DNA from: Octopus sinensis
Lineage: Eukaryota
NCBI RefSeq assembly: GCF_006345805.1
Contig: NC_042997.1
Span: 76,818,001 to 76,882,000 of the forward strand
DNA length: 64,000 nt
Direction: 5' to 3'
The notes below the pieces were generated by a model, which saw only the letters and a list, made by a program, of their open reading frames with translations, was not told the origin of the DNA and made no database searches. Shown here in pieces: positions 38,915 to 51,184 of this stretch. Within the stretch, counting starts at the first letter, position 1. The number at the start of each line of letters is the position of its first letter. Position numbers and translations under genes: made by a program.

Positions 38915-39937
38915 ATGTCTGGAAAGCAACAAACAAAATTAACAGAATCAGAAAGAATTCTAATGGAAATTTCATCGAAATTATCAACACTCATCACGAT
39001 GATTGACACACAATCCTCTATTTTAAAGGAAATAGAAAAACAGTCTACAGACGGAAAACTTGGAAATGAACACATAAACTCTGAAATTAAGAATTTAGCT
39101 GAAATGATACCAACAATTATAAAATCTACAAGAGAAAGCCTACCACAACCTCCTTGGATGTCAGAAATAAACGAAAGAAATCTGGAAAAAGAGGCACACC
39201 GAAAAAGAGAAGAGATACAGAAGACATGGAAAAAGCTCCTCAACATAAGAAAACAAAACTTCTGGAAGGCATATAAATGCGAAAAATATGCTGAAATACA
39301 TTCGAAATGGATATCTTTAGCGGCACCCATACTTCCTCGGAAGTACCTAATTAAAGAAATTGCAGGAGAACCAGAGGAAGAAACTAAACTTCGATGGGAC
39401 CTTAGTTTGATAAAATTCAGGACCGACATCTCCATTACCCTGTCTAAACAATCCCGCTACAAAGCCAAATACGAAGCTATCGATGATCAAATCAGAGATG
39501 AAATATCCAAACTAACGACCGGCAATATAGCAGAAAAAATGCGAGAACTATGGATCAGAGATATCTCAAAAGAAGAAAGCAGATCAAGAAAGTTTTGGCA
39601 GCGGAAACAATTATGTCTCGACAAATATGCTACAAACTACGGTAAAGACACCAGAACTCCGAGAAATAGCATTAAAAGTGGACAACCTCACCAACGCAAC
39701 ATACACCAGAACACGTGGCAACATGAACACCCGTTTCACCACGAATCGAAGACGAACTACGGTAAGAACTCTTCCCATTTTGTATGCAAACACCCTAATG
39801 CACACAACATGAACAAAAAGCACAAACAAAATAGATATTGTTTTGAACAGACCATTAGCAGTAGAAATAACAGGAGATCATTTTCAAGACCTCAACAGAG
39901 ATTACCCACAAGAAACTGGACAAAAAAACCGATCTAG
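38915..39937 (+). CDS. PLE upstream ORF (340 aa), helical/coiled-coil-like, no recognised domain
   Basis: Long open frame with ATG, in the same frame as the downstream RT but separated from it by stops in a low-complexity linker. Confidence 0.7.
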   Translation: MSGKQQTKLTESERILMEISSKLSTLITMIDTQSSILKEIEKQSTDGKLGNEHINSEIKNLAEMIPTIIKSTRESLPQPPWMSEINERNLEKEAHRKREEIQKTWKKLLNIRKQNFWKAYKCEKYAEIHSKWISLAAPILPRKYLIKEIAGEPEEETKLRWDLSLIKFRTDISITLSKQSRYKAKYEAIDDQIRDEISKLTTGNIAEKMRELWIRDISKEESRSRKFWQRKQLCLDKYATNYGKDTRTPRNSIKSGQPHQRNIHQNTWQHEHPFHHESKTNYGKNSSHFVCKHPNAHNMNKKHKQNRYCFEQTISSRNNRRSFSRPQQRLPTRNWTKKPI

Positions 39938-40114
39938 ATCTAGAAGTAAACCCAGATCATTTCTCCAGGTGGTTAAAAACAATGCTAACAAGAAATTGAA
40001 AAGTAGCATACATAATACCAAAAACAAGACAGAAAACATAACGAAACCAAGTAAAGTACCACAACCAAAACGCAAAATTCATCAAGCAAACATCAACAGA
40101 AATATAAATCATAA

Positions 40115-42420
40115 ACAGAAAAAAATCCATTTTTTTACGTCAGGACAACAAACACCGGAGAAAGAAAAAATCCAAGAGGAAACATACCCCAAACAACTGA
40201 ACGTATAGATCCTAAAATAATTAATTTATCAAAAAGAGATCTTGACAATGACGAAATCCAACTTCTGTCAAAAGGACTGAAATTCACACCTACACCAACA
40301 GCCAACCACCAAGAATTAAAGGAGGATATCCAAAAATTCTGTCGAAAATTACGACTTGTAGAATTCTTCGCTAACAAAAGTAATGAGATTGATGAATCCC
40401 TAGTAAGGAATAAATCAAATTTCACCCCACCAAAAGGAAGAATTAACTACCTTGACCAATACATTGATATCCTGTCTAAATTTCCCCTTAGACGCAATAC
40501 CAATGTTAGGCCAAACATTAGCAAATCAGAGATGTCTGCATGTAAACGTATACAAAACGATCAAACAATAATAATTAAACAAGCAGATAAAGGTGGTGCA
40601 ATTGTTATTATGGATACCGAATACTATAAAGATTTGGTTGAAGACCAACTGAAGGATACAACCTTCTATTGTGAAATACCCGCAAATATAGACCACCACA
40701 TCATGAACAAGATCAACAACCTGATCTCAACACACCACAACTCACTTACGGATAATGAAAAAGACTACATCACCAATTTCGAACCAAAACCCAGCAACTT
40801 CTACGGCCTACCAAAAATACACAAATCAAAAAATATTCAACAGGCAGTAAAAGAACAAGAAAGTGAGTACATAAAATTATTACATCCAAAAGACCTAAAA
40901 CTTAGACCTATTATAGCTGGTCCAGCATGCCCTACACACCGTCTAAGCAATTTTATTGACATTGTTTTGAAACCACTATGTACTTACATACCAAGTTTCA
41001 TCAGGGATGACATCGACTTCCTGTCCCATCTTCCCAAAACAACAGAAACAAATTCAGTTTTACTAAGTTTTGTTGTGGTAAGCCTCTACACCAATATTCC
41101 ACACGATTTAGGAATAAAGGCGATTAAATACTGGTTAGTAAAACATAGAGAAGTGATTCCCAGCAGATTCACAGTGCCATTTATATTAGACACAGTCAAA
41201 CTTATTCTAGAAAATAACACATTCTTCTTCAATGGAAAGAATTACATCCAAATTAGAGGCACGGCGATGGGAATGAGGTTTGCTCCCGTTTACGCCAACT
41301 CTGTAATGGGATACTTAGAACAACAACTCTACCAAGAGGTGGAGGTAAACTATGGCACTGGATTTAGAAAATATGTTGAAAAGGCATGGAAGAGATACCT
41401 AGACGACTGCTTCATAATCTGGAAGAGTTCAATATCCTCCTGAACAACCTACACCCATCTCTCCAATTTACAAAGGAGATGAGTAGTACCAAATTACCAT
41501 TTCTGGATCTAATGGTAATTAAAAAAGACACCACCATCACCACAGATATATACTATAAACACACAGACACACATCAATACCTAAATTTTAAGTCGTGCCA
41601 TCCACCACATACAAAACGTAACATCCCATACTGCCTAGCCAGAAGAATTTGTACCATTGTAGAAGATGCAAATATCAGGAACAAACGCCTAATAGAACTA
41701 AGAGAATTTTTGCTCAAACAAAAATACCCATCTCTACTTATAGAAAATGGCATACAGCGGGCTATAAAAATACCCATACAACAACTTAGGACAACCCAAG
41801 GAAGAGGAAAACAAGAACAAGTCATACCATTCATAGTGACACACAACCCATGTCACCAGAATATCTTCAACATTGCCAAAGCAAACCTACCAATCATTGC
41901 CCAAAGTAATGAATTAAAAGACATAATCACGGATCGATCTATGGTGCTTAGTAAAAGACAGCCTAAAAACTTGAAAACATTACTAACAAAAGCAAAATTT
42001 GACCTCAGCAACAAAGACCAAACATTCACGGTATCTAAATGCAATGATAGCCGATGTGGCACATGCCAATTCATACATACCGGTCAATATATAAACACAA
42101 AAACCGGGAAAATATTCACAAACGCGAATATGAACTGCAAAAGCAGAAATTTAATTTACTGCATCAAATGCCCAAATTGTGAAGAAATATATGTAGGTCA
42201 GACGGGAAACGCACTATTAGAACGCTCACGTGTACACCGGCAACAGATTAGAGACCCAGAGGTCCGTCAGATACCTTTGAGTAACCACCTAGCAACATGT
42301 GGCCGGAAAATGTATATAATATTCCCGTTCTACAAATTACACAGCCCAAGTGAAATCGAGAGGAGAATCAGAGAAAAGAATTTTATTGATAAATTCGAAC
42401 CCAAGCTAAATAAGCAATAA
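40115..42420 (+). pseudogene. PLE reverse transcriptase + GIY-YIG endonuclease, one frameshift near 41420
   Basis: INLS...LLSKGLKFTPTP, ADKGGAIV, YGLPKIHK, LRPII, GTAMG, YLDD, LPFLD; C-x4-C-x2-C and LIYCIKC...YVGQT...E..I.KF...LN. Confidence 0.93.
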
Positions 42421-42734
42421 TAATAATACTTAGAGGTATTACTTCCACTGTTACGACCATGACCACTAACAACAACAACAATACTAAAGGTGATCAAGAT
42501 GAAGATAGCAGGAAAATTATCTTATTTAGGGTTAAAAGTTCTATTGCCACCACCATCACCACTAGCAACAATAATTAAGGTGCTGACAATGATGATGATG
42601 ACAATTGAAATATAAAAATATAAAAATCTCTGACAAAGGATATTTACAACATTTCTAAAAATAACCCAACAATTGCTGCTTTGGCCAGGGTCAAGATACA
42701 GGACTCTTGACATGTCCAACAAAGCGTGATGCCT

Positions 42735-42855
42735 AAACCAATCAGCTCAACCAACCAATCAGCTTAAGTAATTGAGTGATACTACACACTGATTGGTCAG
42801 AATACAGTTTGCAAAACCTAGCACTCTGGAGCCTACCCAGCTGTATTTATAGCAC
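42735..42855 (+). promoter_or_regulatory. Candidate pLTR promoter
   Basis: Two CCAATCAG motifs, one inverted CTGATTGG and a TATA-like tatttata upstream of the hammerhead. Confidence 0.4.
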
Positions 42856-42914
42856 AGAATCAATCCTCTTGCTACAGTCAAAAATTGTGAAGCATGACTG
42901 TCAACACTACTACA

Positions 42915-42959
42915 TGAACCCGAAGATTGCAGAATTCAATGCATGAAAGTACTAGTTCA
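42915..42959 (+). ncRNA. Minimal type I hammerhead ribozyme candidate (core variant)
   Basis: TGAAC-CCGAAGA-T-TGCA-gaattcaa-TGCA-T-GAA-AGTACT-A-GTTCA: stem I TGAAC/GTTCA, stem II TGCA/TGCA, palindromic stem III AGTACT, UA cleavage triplet. Confidence 0.6.
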
Positions 42960-43088
42960 ATCAGAATGAACATATAACATTCTACTATTTCATTTTATTT
43001 TATTCAATTATAATATATTATCTTATAATATATCATTATAAGATTGTAAATAAAACGTGAAAATCAGACAAGGTTGGAATTCTTTTTA

Positions 43089-43126
<38 letters not shown>

Positions 43127-43131
43127 CACAC

Positions 43132-43197
<66 letters not shown>

Positions 43198-43227
43198 ATA
43201 TATACATATACACACATACATATATAA

Positions 43228-44513
43228 TGGCTGTCCACTCGTGACCAAGGAAGACCATTGCTGACCTTCAGGAACATTGTGTGCTCTAGGACTAACTTAT
43301 ATTTTGCATTTGCAGCTCCGTTGGTGGCTAATGAGCCCTACTCTTGACAAGCATGCACAACTGCAAACATTGCAGACCAAGCTTTCCCCATTCACTATAT
43401 GAGCCGTGCGCTTTCGTGCAGCTTGCTTAAGTTCTTCATGCTGGATACGTGCTCTCTCAAAAATGTTGATGCCCTCCTTAACCTGCCTCCTCCATCTGTG
43501 GCAATGACAGGCATTGTTCTCCCAGTCAGTGTCCTGCATATCACAGGCCTTTAATGAAGACTTGATACAGTCCTTAAATCGCAGCCTTGGTTTCTGTCGG
43601 AGTCTCTTTCCATTCACAAGTTCTCCATAGAGCATCTGCTTAGGAATCCTGCTATCCTTCCTCCTAATAAGGTGTCCAGTCCAACATAACCGGTGCTTGT
43701 ACACCATTGCCTCAATACTCAAGATATCAGCTGTCCTCAGGACCTGTGTGTCTGGAGTTTTTGAGGTCCAGCCAACATTGAGAATGTGTCTGAGACATCT
43801 CTGATGAAAGCGTTCAAGGAACCTTACCTGACGTTTGTACGGAGTCCATGTCTCACATGAGTAGAGGAGGGATGACAGTACACAGCAACTTTTGTTCGCC
43901 TTGCGATGCCATGTTGGGACCAGACACGAGACTGAAGAGACCAGAAGGAATTAGTTGCTCTCTGCAACCTGAAAGATATTTCCTCATCCAGGAAGCAAGA
44001 ACAGCTGAGTGTGCTGCCCAGGTAGACAAACTTATCTACTACCTTCAGAATCATTCCTTCAACCAAGATAGCTGGTTCCATATATGGATTTCCTGGTGCA
44101 GGCTGGAATATTACAACAGTCTTGTCCAGGCTAGTGCCGAGTCCATATGCCCTGCAAGAAGCAGAAATGCAATTCATGAGTATTTGCATGTCATCCACTG
44201 TATGAGTGACTAAGTCACAGTCATCTGCATAAAGGAGGTCACGAATAATAGACTGGGAAACCTTTGAATTGGCAGCAAATCGGCGAAGATTAAAGAGGCA
44301 GCCAGAAGATTGACATCTGACATATATTCCCAGAGAGCTAACCTTAGCAAAAGCATGAGTAAAAGCAGCAGCAAAGTACAAAGAAAAGAGAGTTGGGGCA
44401 AGGATGTCACCCTGCTTGACATCATTCTCTACAGGAATGGGTCCCACCATGGCACCACCAACATTGACCCAAGCCTCCATCCCATCATGAAATGATTTAA
44501 TTATAGATACAAA
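43228..44513 (-). mobile_element. BovB-type RTE, 3' half
   Basis: KQGDILAPTLFSLYF, LLYADD, FVYLGSTLS, RLCWTGHL, RIPKQMLYGEL, RFKDCIK; C-terminal C-x2-C...H. Confidence 0.88.
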
Positions 44514-47500
44514 ATATTTTCTCTCTCCCTTATATATTATGTTTTACTCGAACCCCGAAGTTTCTGGATGTTCAGTAATTTCTGTTGCAGAAAATTCCCT
44601 ACGTATTAACTTAAAACCTGTTGTTCCTTCGTTGTTATTCCTTTCCCCCAAAATTCCCTACAAAATATTTTCTCTCTCTCTTATTTATATTACGTTCTAC
44701 TAGAACCACGAAGTTTCTAGATGTTCAGTAATTTCTGTTGCAGAAAATTCCCTACGAATTAAACCTGTTGTTCCTTAGCTCTCTCTTTCTCTCCCCCCCC
44801 TCTCTTTCCTCATGCTGCCACCTGATAACCCCCCCCCAATCCCTCACTCTTTATAAAGCAGTGTTCGATTTATCTCATCCCTCTTCTCGATTCTACATCT
44901 TGCTGACAAAACACTGACTCCAAAAAATGACCAGCTAAGCGAACTTAACTTACAACCTGTCATTCATATTCATATTTTTTAAGCGTTGATTCGTAACCCT
45001 AATTCCCGTTTCTCTATTATTTATTTCGCCATCTTGTATACATGGCTTCCTGTCTGTCTTAAGATCATGCATTTTAAATTCCTCCTTTAATTTCAGTGTC
45101 ATCCCGTTATTATTCCATTCCCAGAATTCACTACAAAATATTCTCTCTCTCTCCTATTTATATTATGTTTTACTCGAACCCCGAAGTTTCTAGATGTTCA
45201 GTAATTTCTGTTGCAGAAATTCCCCTACGAATTAACTTAAACCTGTTGTTCCTTCGAGGTGACCCCGCCCTCCCACCCCTTCACCAGAACCGGAAGTTTC
45301 TTTTTCTACCTTTCTACCTTTCTTGACTCCCCCCCCCCCGCACCCCTATGTAGGGTTTATTGTGATCATATAGCGCAAAAACTGTGAAATGTATGCAGGT
45401 TGAAGTCTAGAGTCTCAGTATGAAATCTGGCAAATGCAAACTTTCTTTTCAGGTACATGACACTGCTGTCCCTCATCCCAGGGTCTCAGAGGCCCACACC
45501 TCCCACACCCTCAGAGTTGGCCTCAGGGTCTCAGAGGCCCACACCTCCCACACCCTCAGAGTTGGCACACTCAATGTTGGCACATTGAAAGGTAGGTCTG
45601 GAGAGATTGTTGAGCTGCTTGAACGGAGGCATGTGGATTTATGCTGCATCCAGGAAGTAAGGAGGCTCCACTAGGCTACTCACAGGCAAGGAACACAGGT
45701 ACAAGATTTTCTGGGCAGGGAACACTGACGGGGTCGGGGGCGTGGGTATACTTCTTGCAGAGAAATGGGTAGATAAGGTAATCGAGGTAGTCAGAGTAAG
45801 TGATAGAGTACTTAAGATTAGATTAGTGCTTCACCATAGGTCAGCTACTATCATCTCGGCATATGCCCCTCAACCAGGGCTACCGGAAGGACGAAAAGAC
45901 AAATTCTATGACACCCTATTGCGGACTACCTCGTTGACAAATGACAGTGACCTTCTCTTCGTGGCAGGTGATTTCAATGGATATGTCGGACGGCATGTAG
46001 GGGGCTTCCATGGCGTGCATGGAGGCTACGGGTTTGGCTCTCGTAATGAGGAGGGAACCAGGCTGCTGGAGTTCTGCGATGCAAATGACCTTATGGTCTG
46101 CAATACCAACTTCAGGAAACCCACCTCTCACCTAGTCACCTACCGTTATGGCAGACACACTAGCCAGATTGACTACATCCTTGCCAGAAAAAGGGAAAGA
46201 GGGCTGCTTATCAATGCCAAAACCTTTCCAGGCAAAGAATGTACTCCTCAACATAGATTAGTAGTTAGCGACTTCAGGATCAGAGCTAAATGGTTGCCCA
46301 GAAGAAGACCTGCTTGGAGGAGAAGGGTCTGGAAGCTTAAAGATCCTGCAAATGGACAGAGATTTAGAGACATACTACTCGAAGCCTTTGACGAAATAGA
46401 AGGGGATATAGCTTCACTTAATGTGGAAAGCAACTGGAGATTTCTACGGGACAATCTGCTGACAGCCACTGACCAGATCTGTGGATGGAGCAAAGTACCA
46501 TCTCGACCCAGAGTAACATGGTGGTGGAACACTGTGGTTGACAGGGCTATTAGACAAAAGAGACAGGCTTGGAAGAACGGTGGTAGCAGGGAATTGTATC
46601 AGACAGCCAGAAGGGAAGCTAGGAGACAGGTTTATTTAGCCAGAGGGGAAGCGGATAAGAAAAAATTTGCCAATGTTCTGAGCCGTGAGGATGAAAGACT
46701 TGAGGTATTTCGTGTTGCAAGACAGTGTGTGAGAGAGAATCATGATGTGGTAGGAGAGAAGTGTGTTCGCATGGATGATGGTTCACTTGCGCTAAATGAG
46801 GATGCAAAGAGAGAGGTTTGGAGATGCCACTATGAAAGGTTGCTGAATAAAGAAAATGAATGGGATAAAGAGAGTCTGCCGAATGTTGACCCAACAGAGG
46901 GACCAGCTATCTGAGTTGATAGTTCCGTGGTAGCTAAGGCAATTAGAAGCATGAAGACAGGGAAAGCCCCAGGCCCATCAAGAATTACTGCAGAGATGCT
47001 CAAAATATCTGGCAGTGTCGGCTATAACCTAGTCACCCGTATAGTCAACCAGGTGATACACGAAGGAGTCATACCCAATGACTGGTGCAGCAGCATACTA
47101 GTCAACTGCTACAAAGGTAAAGGTGATGCCCTAGATACAAATAATTACAGAGGTATCAAGCTGTTGGATCAAGTAATGAAGGTTACAGAGAGGGTCATAG
47201 CCCAACTAATTAGAGAGAGAGTTAGTTTAGATGAGATGCAGTTTGGGTTCGTGCCAGGGAAAAGTACCACTGATGCTATATTCCTGGGAGCTCCTCTACG
47301 CTGACGACCTTGCTCTTATTGCTGAGTCACTATCAGAACTGGAGGAGAAATTCCAGGTGTGGAAGGAGGGTTTAGAATCGAGGGGCCTTAGAGTCAACCT
47401 AGCTAAAACCAAAGTACTAATAAGTAGGAAGGTAGACAATCCACAAATGTCTTCAGGAAGATGCCCCTGCTCGATCTGTAGAAAAGGTGTAGGTAGAAAC

Positions 47501-48733
47501 TCTATAAGATGTACCCAGTGTAAGCTATGGACACATAAGAGGTGCAGCAATGTCAAAGGTAGGCTAACTGTGAAGGTAGTTTTTGTATGTGGCAGATGCT
47601 CGGGAGCATTAACCTCCGAAAATGTGCAGAAAACAACTTCCGTCACTTTCCAGGGGGAAAAACTAGAAGTAGTTGATAGCTTCCATTATCTAGGTGACCA
47701 AGTCAGTAGTGGGGGTGGGTGCGCTGAAAGTGTAACTGCTAGAATAAGAATAGCCTGGGCAAAGTTTAGGGAGCTCTTACCTCTGCTGGTGACTAAAGGC
47801 CTCTCGCTCAGAGTAAAAGGCAGACTGTATGATGCATGTGTACGAACAGCCATGCTACATGGGCTGTGACTGCTGAGGACATGCGTAAGCTCGTGAGGAA
47901 TGAAGCCAGTATGCTCCGATGGATGTGTAATGTCAGTGTACATACTCGACAGAGCGTTAGCACCTTGAGAGAAATGTTGTACCTAAGAAGCATCAGTTGT
48001 GGTGTGCAAGAGAGAGGATTGCGCTGGTATGGTCATGTGGCGAGAATGGATGAAGATAGGTGTGTGAGAAAGTGCCAATCCCTAGCAGTTGAGGGAACCC
48101 GTGGAAGAGGTAGACCCAGGAAAACCTGGGACGAGGTGGTGAAGCACGACCTTCGAACTTTAGGCCTCACTGAGAAAATGACTAGCGACCGAGACCTTTG
48201 GAAATATTCTGTACGTGAGAAGACCAGGCAGGACAAGTGAGCCCAGCCCACTTATGAATGCCTTTCCTCCCTTGGACACAAAGACCTGTTGAGGCAAGCG
48301 AAGACGATATAGAACCTCATCCGACGACAGACACCCATGCCAACCCCCTCTGCTTGCGAAGACATGTTGGGGCAAGCGAAATCGAAACCGAATTGAACCA
48401 GCCAGGATCCCTGGTCTGGTGGTATGTAAAAAGCACTATCCGACTCGTGGCCGATGCCAGCACCGCCTCGACTGGCTTCCGTGCCGGTGGCACATAAAAT
48501 ACACCAATCCGACCGTGGCCGTTGCCAGCCTCGCCTGGCACCTGTGCAGGTGGCACGTAAAAAGCACCCACTACACTCACGGAGTGGTTGGCGTTAGGAA
48601 GGGCATCCAGCTGTAGAAACATTGCCAGATTAGACTGGAGCCTGGTGCAGCCTTCTGGCTTCCCAGATCCCCGGTCGAACGGTCCAACCCATGCTAGCAT
48701 GGAGAACGGACGTTAAACGATGATGATGATGAT
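44514..48733 (+). mobile_element. RTE LINE copy 2, full-length, disabled, inserted into the BovB-type RTE
   Basis: TSD GATACAAA (44506-44513, 48734-48741); 5' monomers, APE-RT with a 45-bp in-frame duplication and several deletions; (GAT)n end. Confidence 0.95.
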
Positions 48734-50470
48734 GATACAAAGTGATCCGGTCATCCAAGTTTGCCAAGTATTTTCCATAGAAAGGCCCTATTTACAGTAT
48801 CAAAGGCCTTTGTTAAATCAATGAATACCTGGACAAGATCCATATTCTGCTCATAGCACTTCTCCTGCATCTGTCTTGATGTGAAAATCATATCCATTGT
48901 CCTTCTACCAGATCGGAAGCCTCACTAAGATTCAAATAGGACATCATTTACGAGACACCCATTCAGACAGGTAAGAAGAATATTTGCCAGAACCTTGCCA
49001 GCAGCTGATAGTAGAGCAATACCTCTGTAGTTACCACACATTGTTCTGGCTCCTTTTCCTTTATATAGAGGAAGAATAATTGCATCGTTCCAGTCCTTAG
49101 GGATTGCACCATCCCTCCAGACTGCACTAACAAGTTCATGAAGGGACTGTGTGATGTAATTACTACCAAATCGCAAGACCTCAGCACAAATTCCATTCTT
49201 TCCAGGTGCCCTACCAAGATTCAATTTACTTATTGATGTCATTACTTCATCTATTGCGGGCGAGGAGTCTAAGGAGCTAATGGTGGGTATTTGTTGCATA
49301 GTATCAATCACTGTTTCATCCACAACTGACTCATGGTTTAGGAGTTCACAGAAGTGTTCGTTCCAGCGACCTGTGATTTCTGTTGATTTAGTAAACAGAT
49401 TGGAAGACTCCTTGGAAAGCAAAGGAGCTGATGTGGAGCTCTTAGGTCCATAAGCTCGCTTCATAAGATGGTAAAGCTTCTTGCTGTCATTTGCATCAGC
49501 AGCAGCCTGAACATCACGAGCAAGATCCTCCCCCCAAGTATTCTGCATCTTCCTGAGAGATCACTGCAGTAATGATTTTACACTGTTTTAGTGGGCAAGT
49601 GCTAGACTTCCCTGCAGAGTAGACAGTTCTCTGTGCAGCAACACACTGTATATGTATATATATATATAACATCCTAGAGAGTTCCATGTTTGCCAGTCTG
49701 TTCCAACCCTGGCATTAAAATCCCCCAGTAGAATGACTTTATCAGAATTGGGGATTTTTCTAAGTATGGCTCTCAGCTGGATATAAAAGATTGTTTTATC
49801 TTCACAGCTAGTCAAAGTAGGTATATAGGCACTTATTAGAGTAGCAAACTGCTTACCTTTCAAGTGCAACCGTAGCATCATTATACGTTCATTTATAGGA
49901 ACAGGGAGCTCTTCCAACTTCTTAAGGATATCAGATCGGACTGCAAAACCAACACCAGCCTCTCTGCACTCCTCCTCCTGCCTTCCTTTCCAAAAAAAGG
50001 TGTATCCACCTCCTACTACCTCAAGCTGATCATCACCTTCTATACGAGTCTCTGAGAGTGCAGCTATATCAATTTTATAACAGTTCAGCTCACGAGCAAC
50101 AAGTGCAGTGCGTCTTTCAGGCCTGCAATCACTCTTGTTGTCCAACAGAGTGCGCACATTCCCACATGAAATGTTTAAGTATCGTCCAGATTTTATAGAT
50201 AAAAGACTCTTTGTTTTTCGAGGGCAGGGTGGACATCCGTCAGTCGTGCTAAACTGACCAGATATGGAAAGACAGGCAATTTTTGGTTCACCCTTTCTAG
50301 AACCTCCCCGGTCTCTGGGTGAGTAGTGCCCTCTCCAAATGGAGCTGCTCAGACCATCCTACCACTGTCTTGAGCGACAAGGAGACGACTCTAGGCCACT
50401 GACTACATGCTTCCAGCCCGTCAGGTCTGCATGCTTCACCACCTTCCCATCGCCGCAGGACTAATGAATG
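48734..50470 (-). mobile_element. BovB-type RTE, 5' half (5'UTR, APE with internal deletion, start of RT)
   Basis: RTLLD...RPERRTALVARELNCYKIDIAALSETR, GDFNARVG, NYRGIALLS, KAFDTVNR; reads through seamlessly into 44513 once the insertion is removed (HFVSIIKSFHDGM). Confidence 0.9.
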
Positions 50471-51067
50471 AAAAAATAATTATAACATATACTAAAAATA
50501 AATAAGATAAATATATATAGAGGAAAAAAAAATGCACATATTGAACAGAGGTCGGCAATGCCTGTGCAGAGTTTTAAGTCCAATAAGGCTTGCACAACAC
50601 CTCATAGACCCTCTCCACTTTATTGACATTATCCAGAGACAAGCCAGAGCAAGATGTCTGGTGCCAATATGAGTTGCTGGCTCAGGGATGTGGGAGCGCC
50701 ATGATCTCTAGCACAAACCAAAGATCCCCAAAATATCAAATGCCATTCCCTGCATATCTGGTTTTATATCAGAATGACCTTCTCCTAGAGACATGTTTTA
50801 ACAAAAGCTGAGGGGCACCCCACTCCAAGTTGTCTTTCAGCACGCTGGACACCATCCCGGAATTTCTGCATACCCGTGCTAACATTTATTGGATGGCCAT
50901 TGACTCTCAAGATGTCCTCTGCCCTTTGACAGGATTTGTTTTTCATGCTAGCATGGAAAGCGGACGTTAAATGAATGATGATGATGATCCTGCAGGGTGT
51001 CCAATAAACACCCTCCTCACCAAGCAAGCTTGGTGGGGTTGCCGGTTTTGTCGCCGACGGCAACCCC

Positions 51068-51098
<31 letters not shown>

Positions 51099-51184
51099 TC
51101 CATATATAGACATATATACATACATTTGTACATCTCAAGCACAGCGTATCGCCAGAGGTCTTGGGCTCTAGTTATTGCCTCCTT

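Larger units (their letters stand above)
38514..43096 (+). mobile_element. Young Penelope-like element with an inverted 5' pseudo-LTR and a direct 3' pLTR, flanked by (TA)n
   Basis: 38545-38757 is the reverse complement of 42884-43096 (one mismatch seen); a short direct copy of the pLTR end lies at 38755-38790; PLE RT and GIY-YIG coding in between. Confidence 0.93.
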
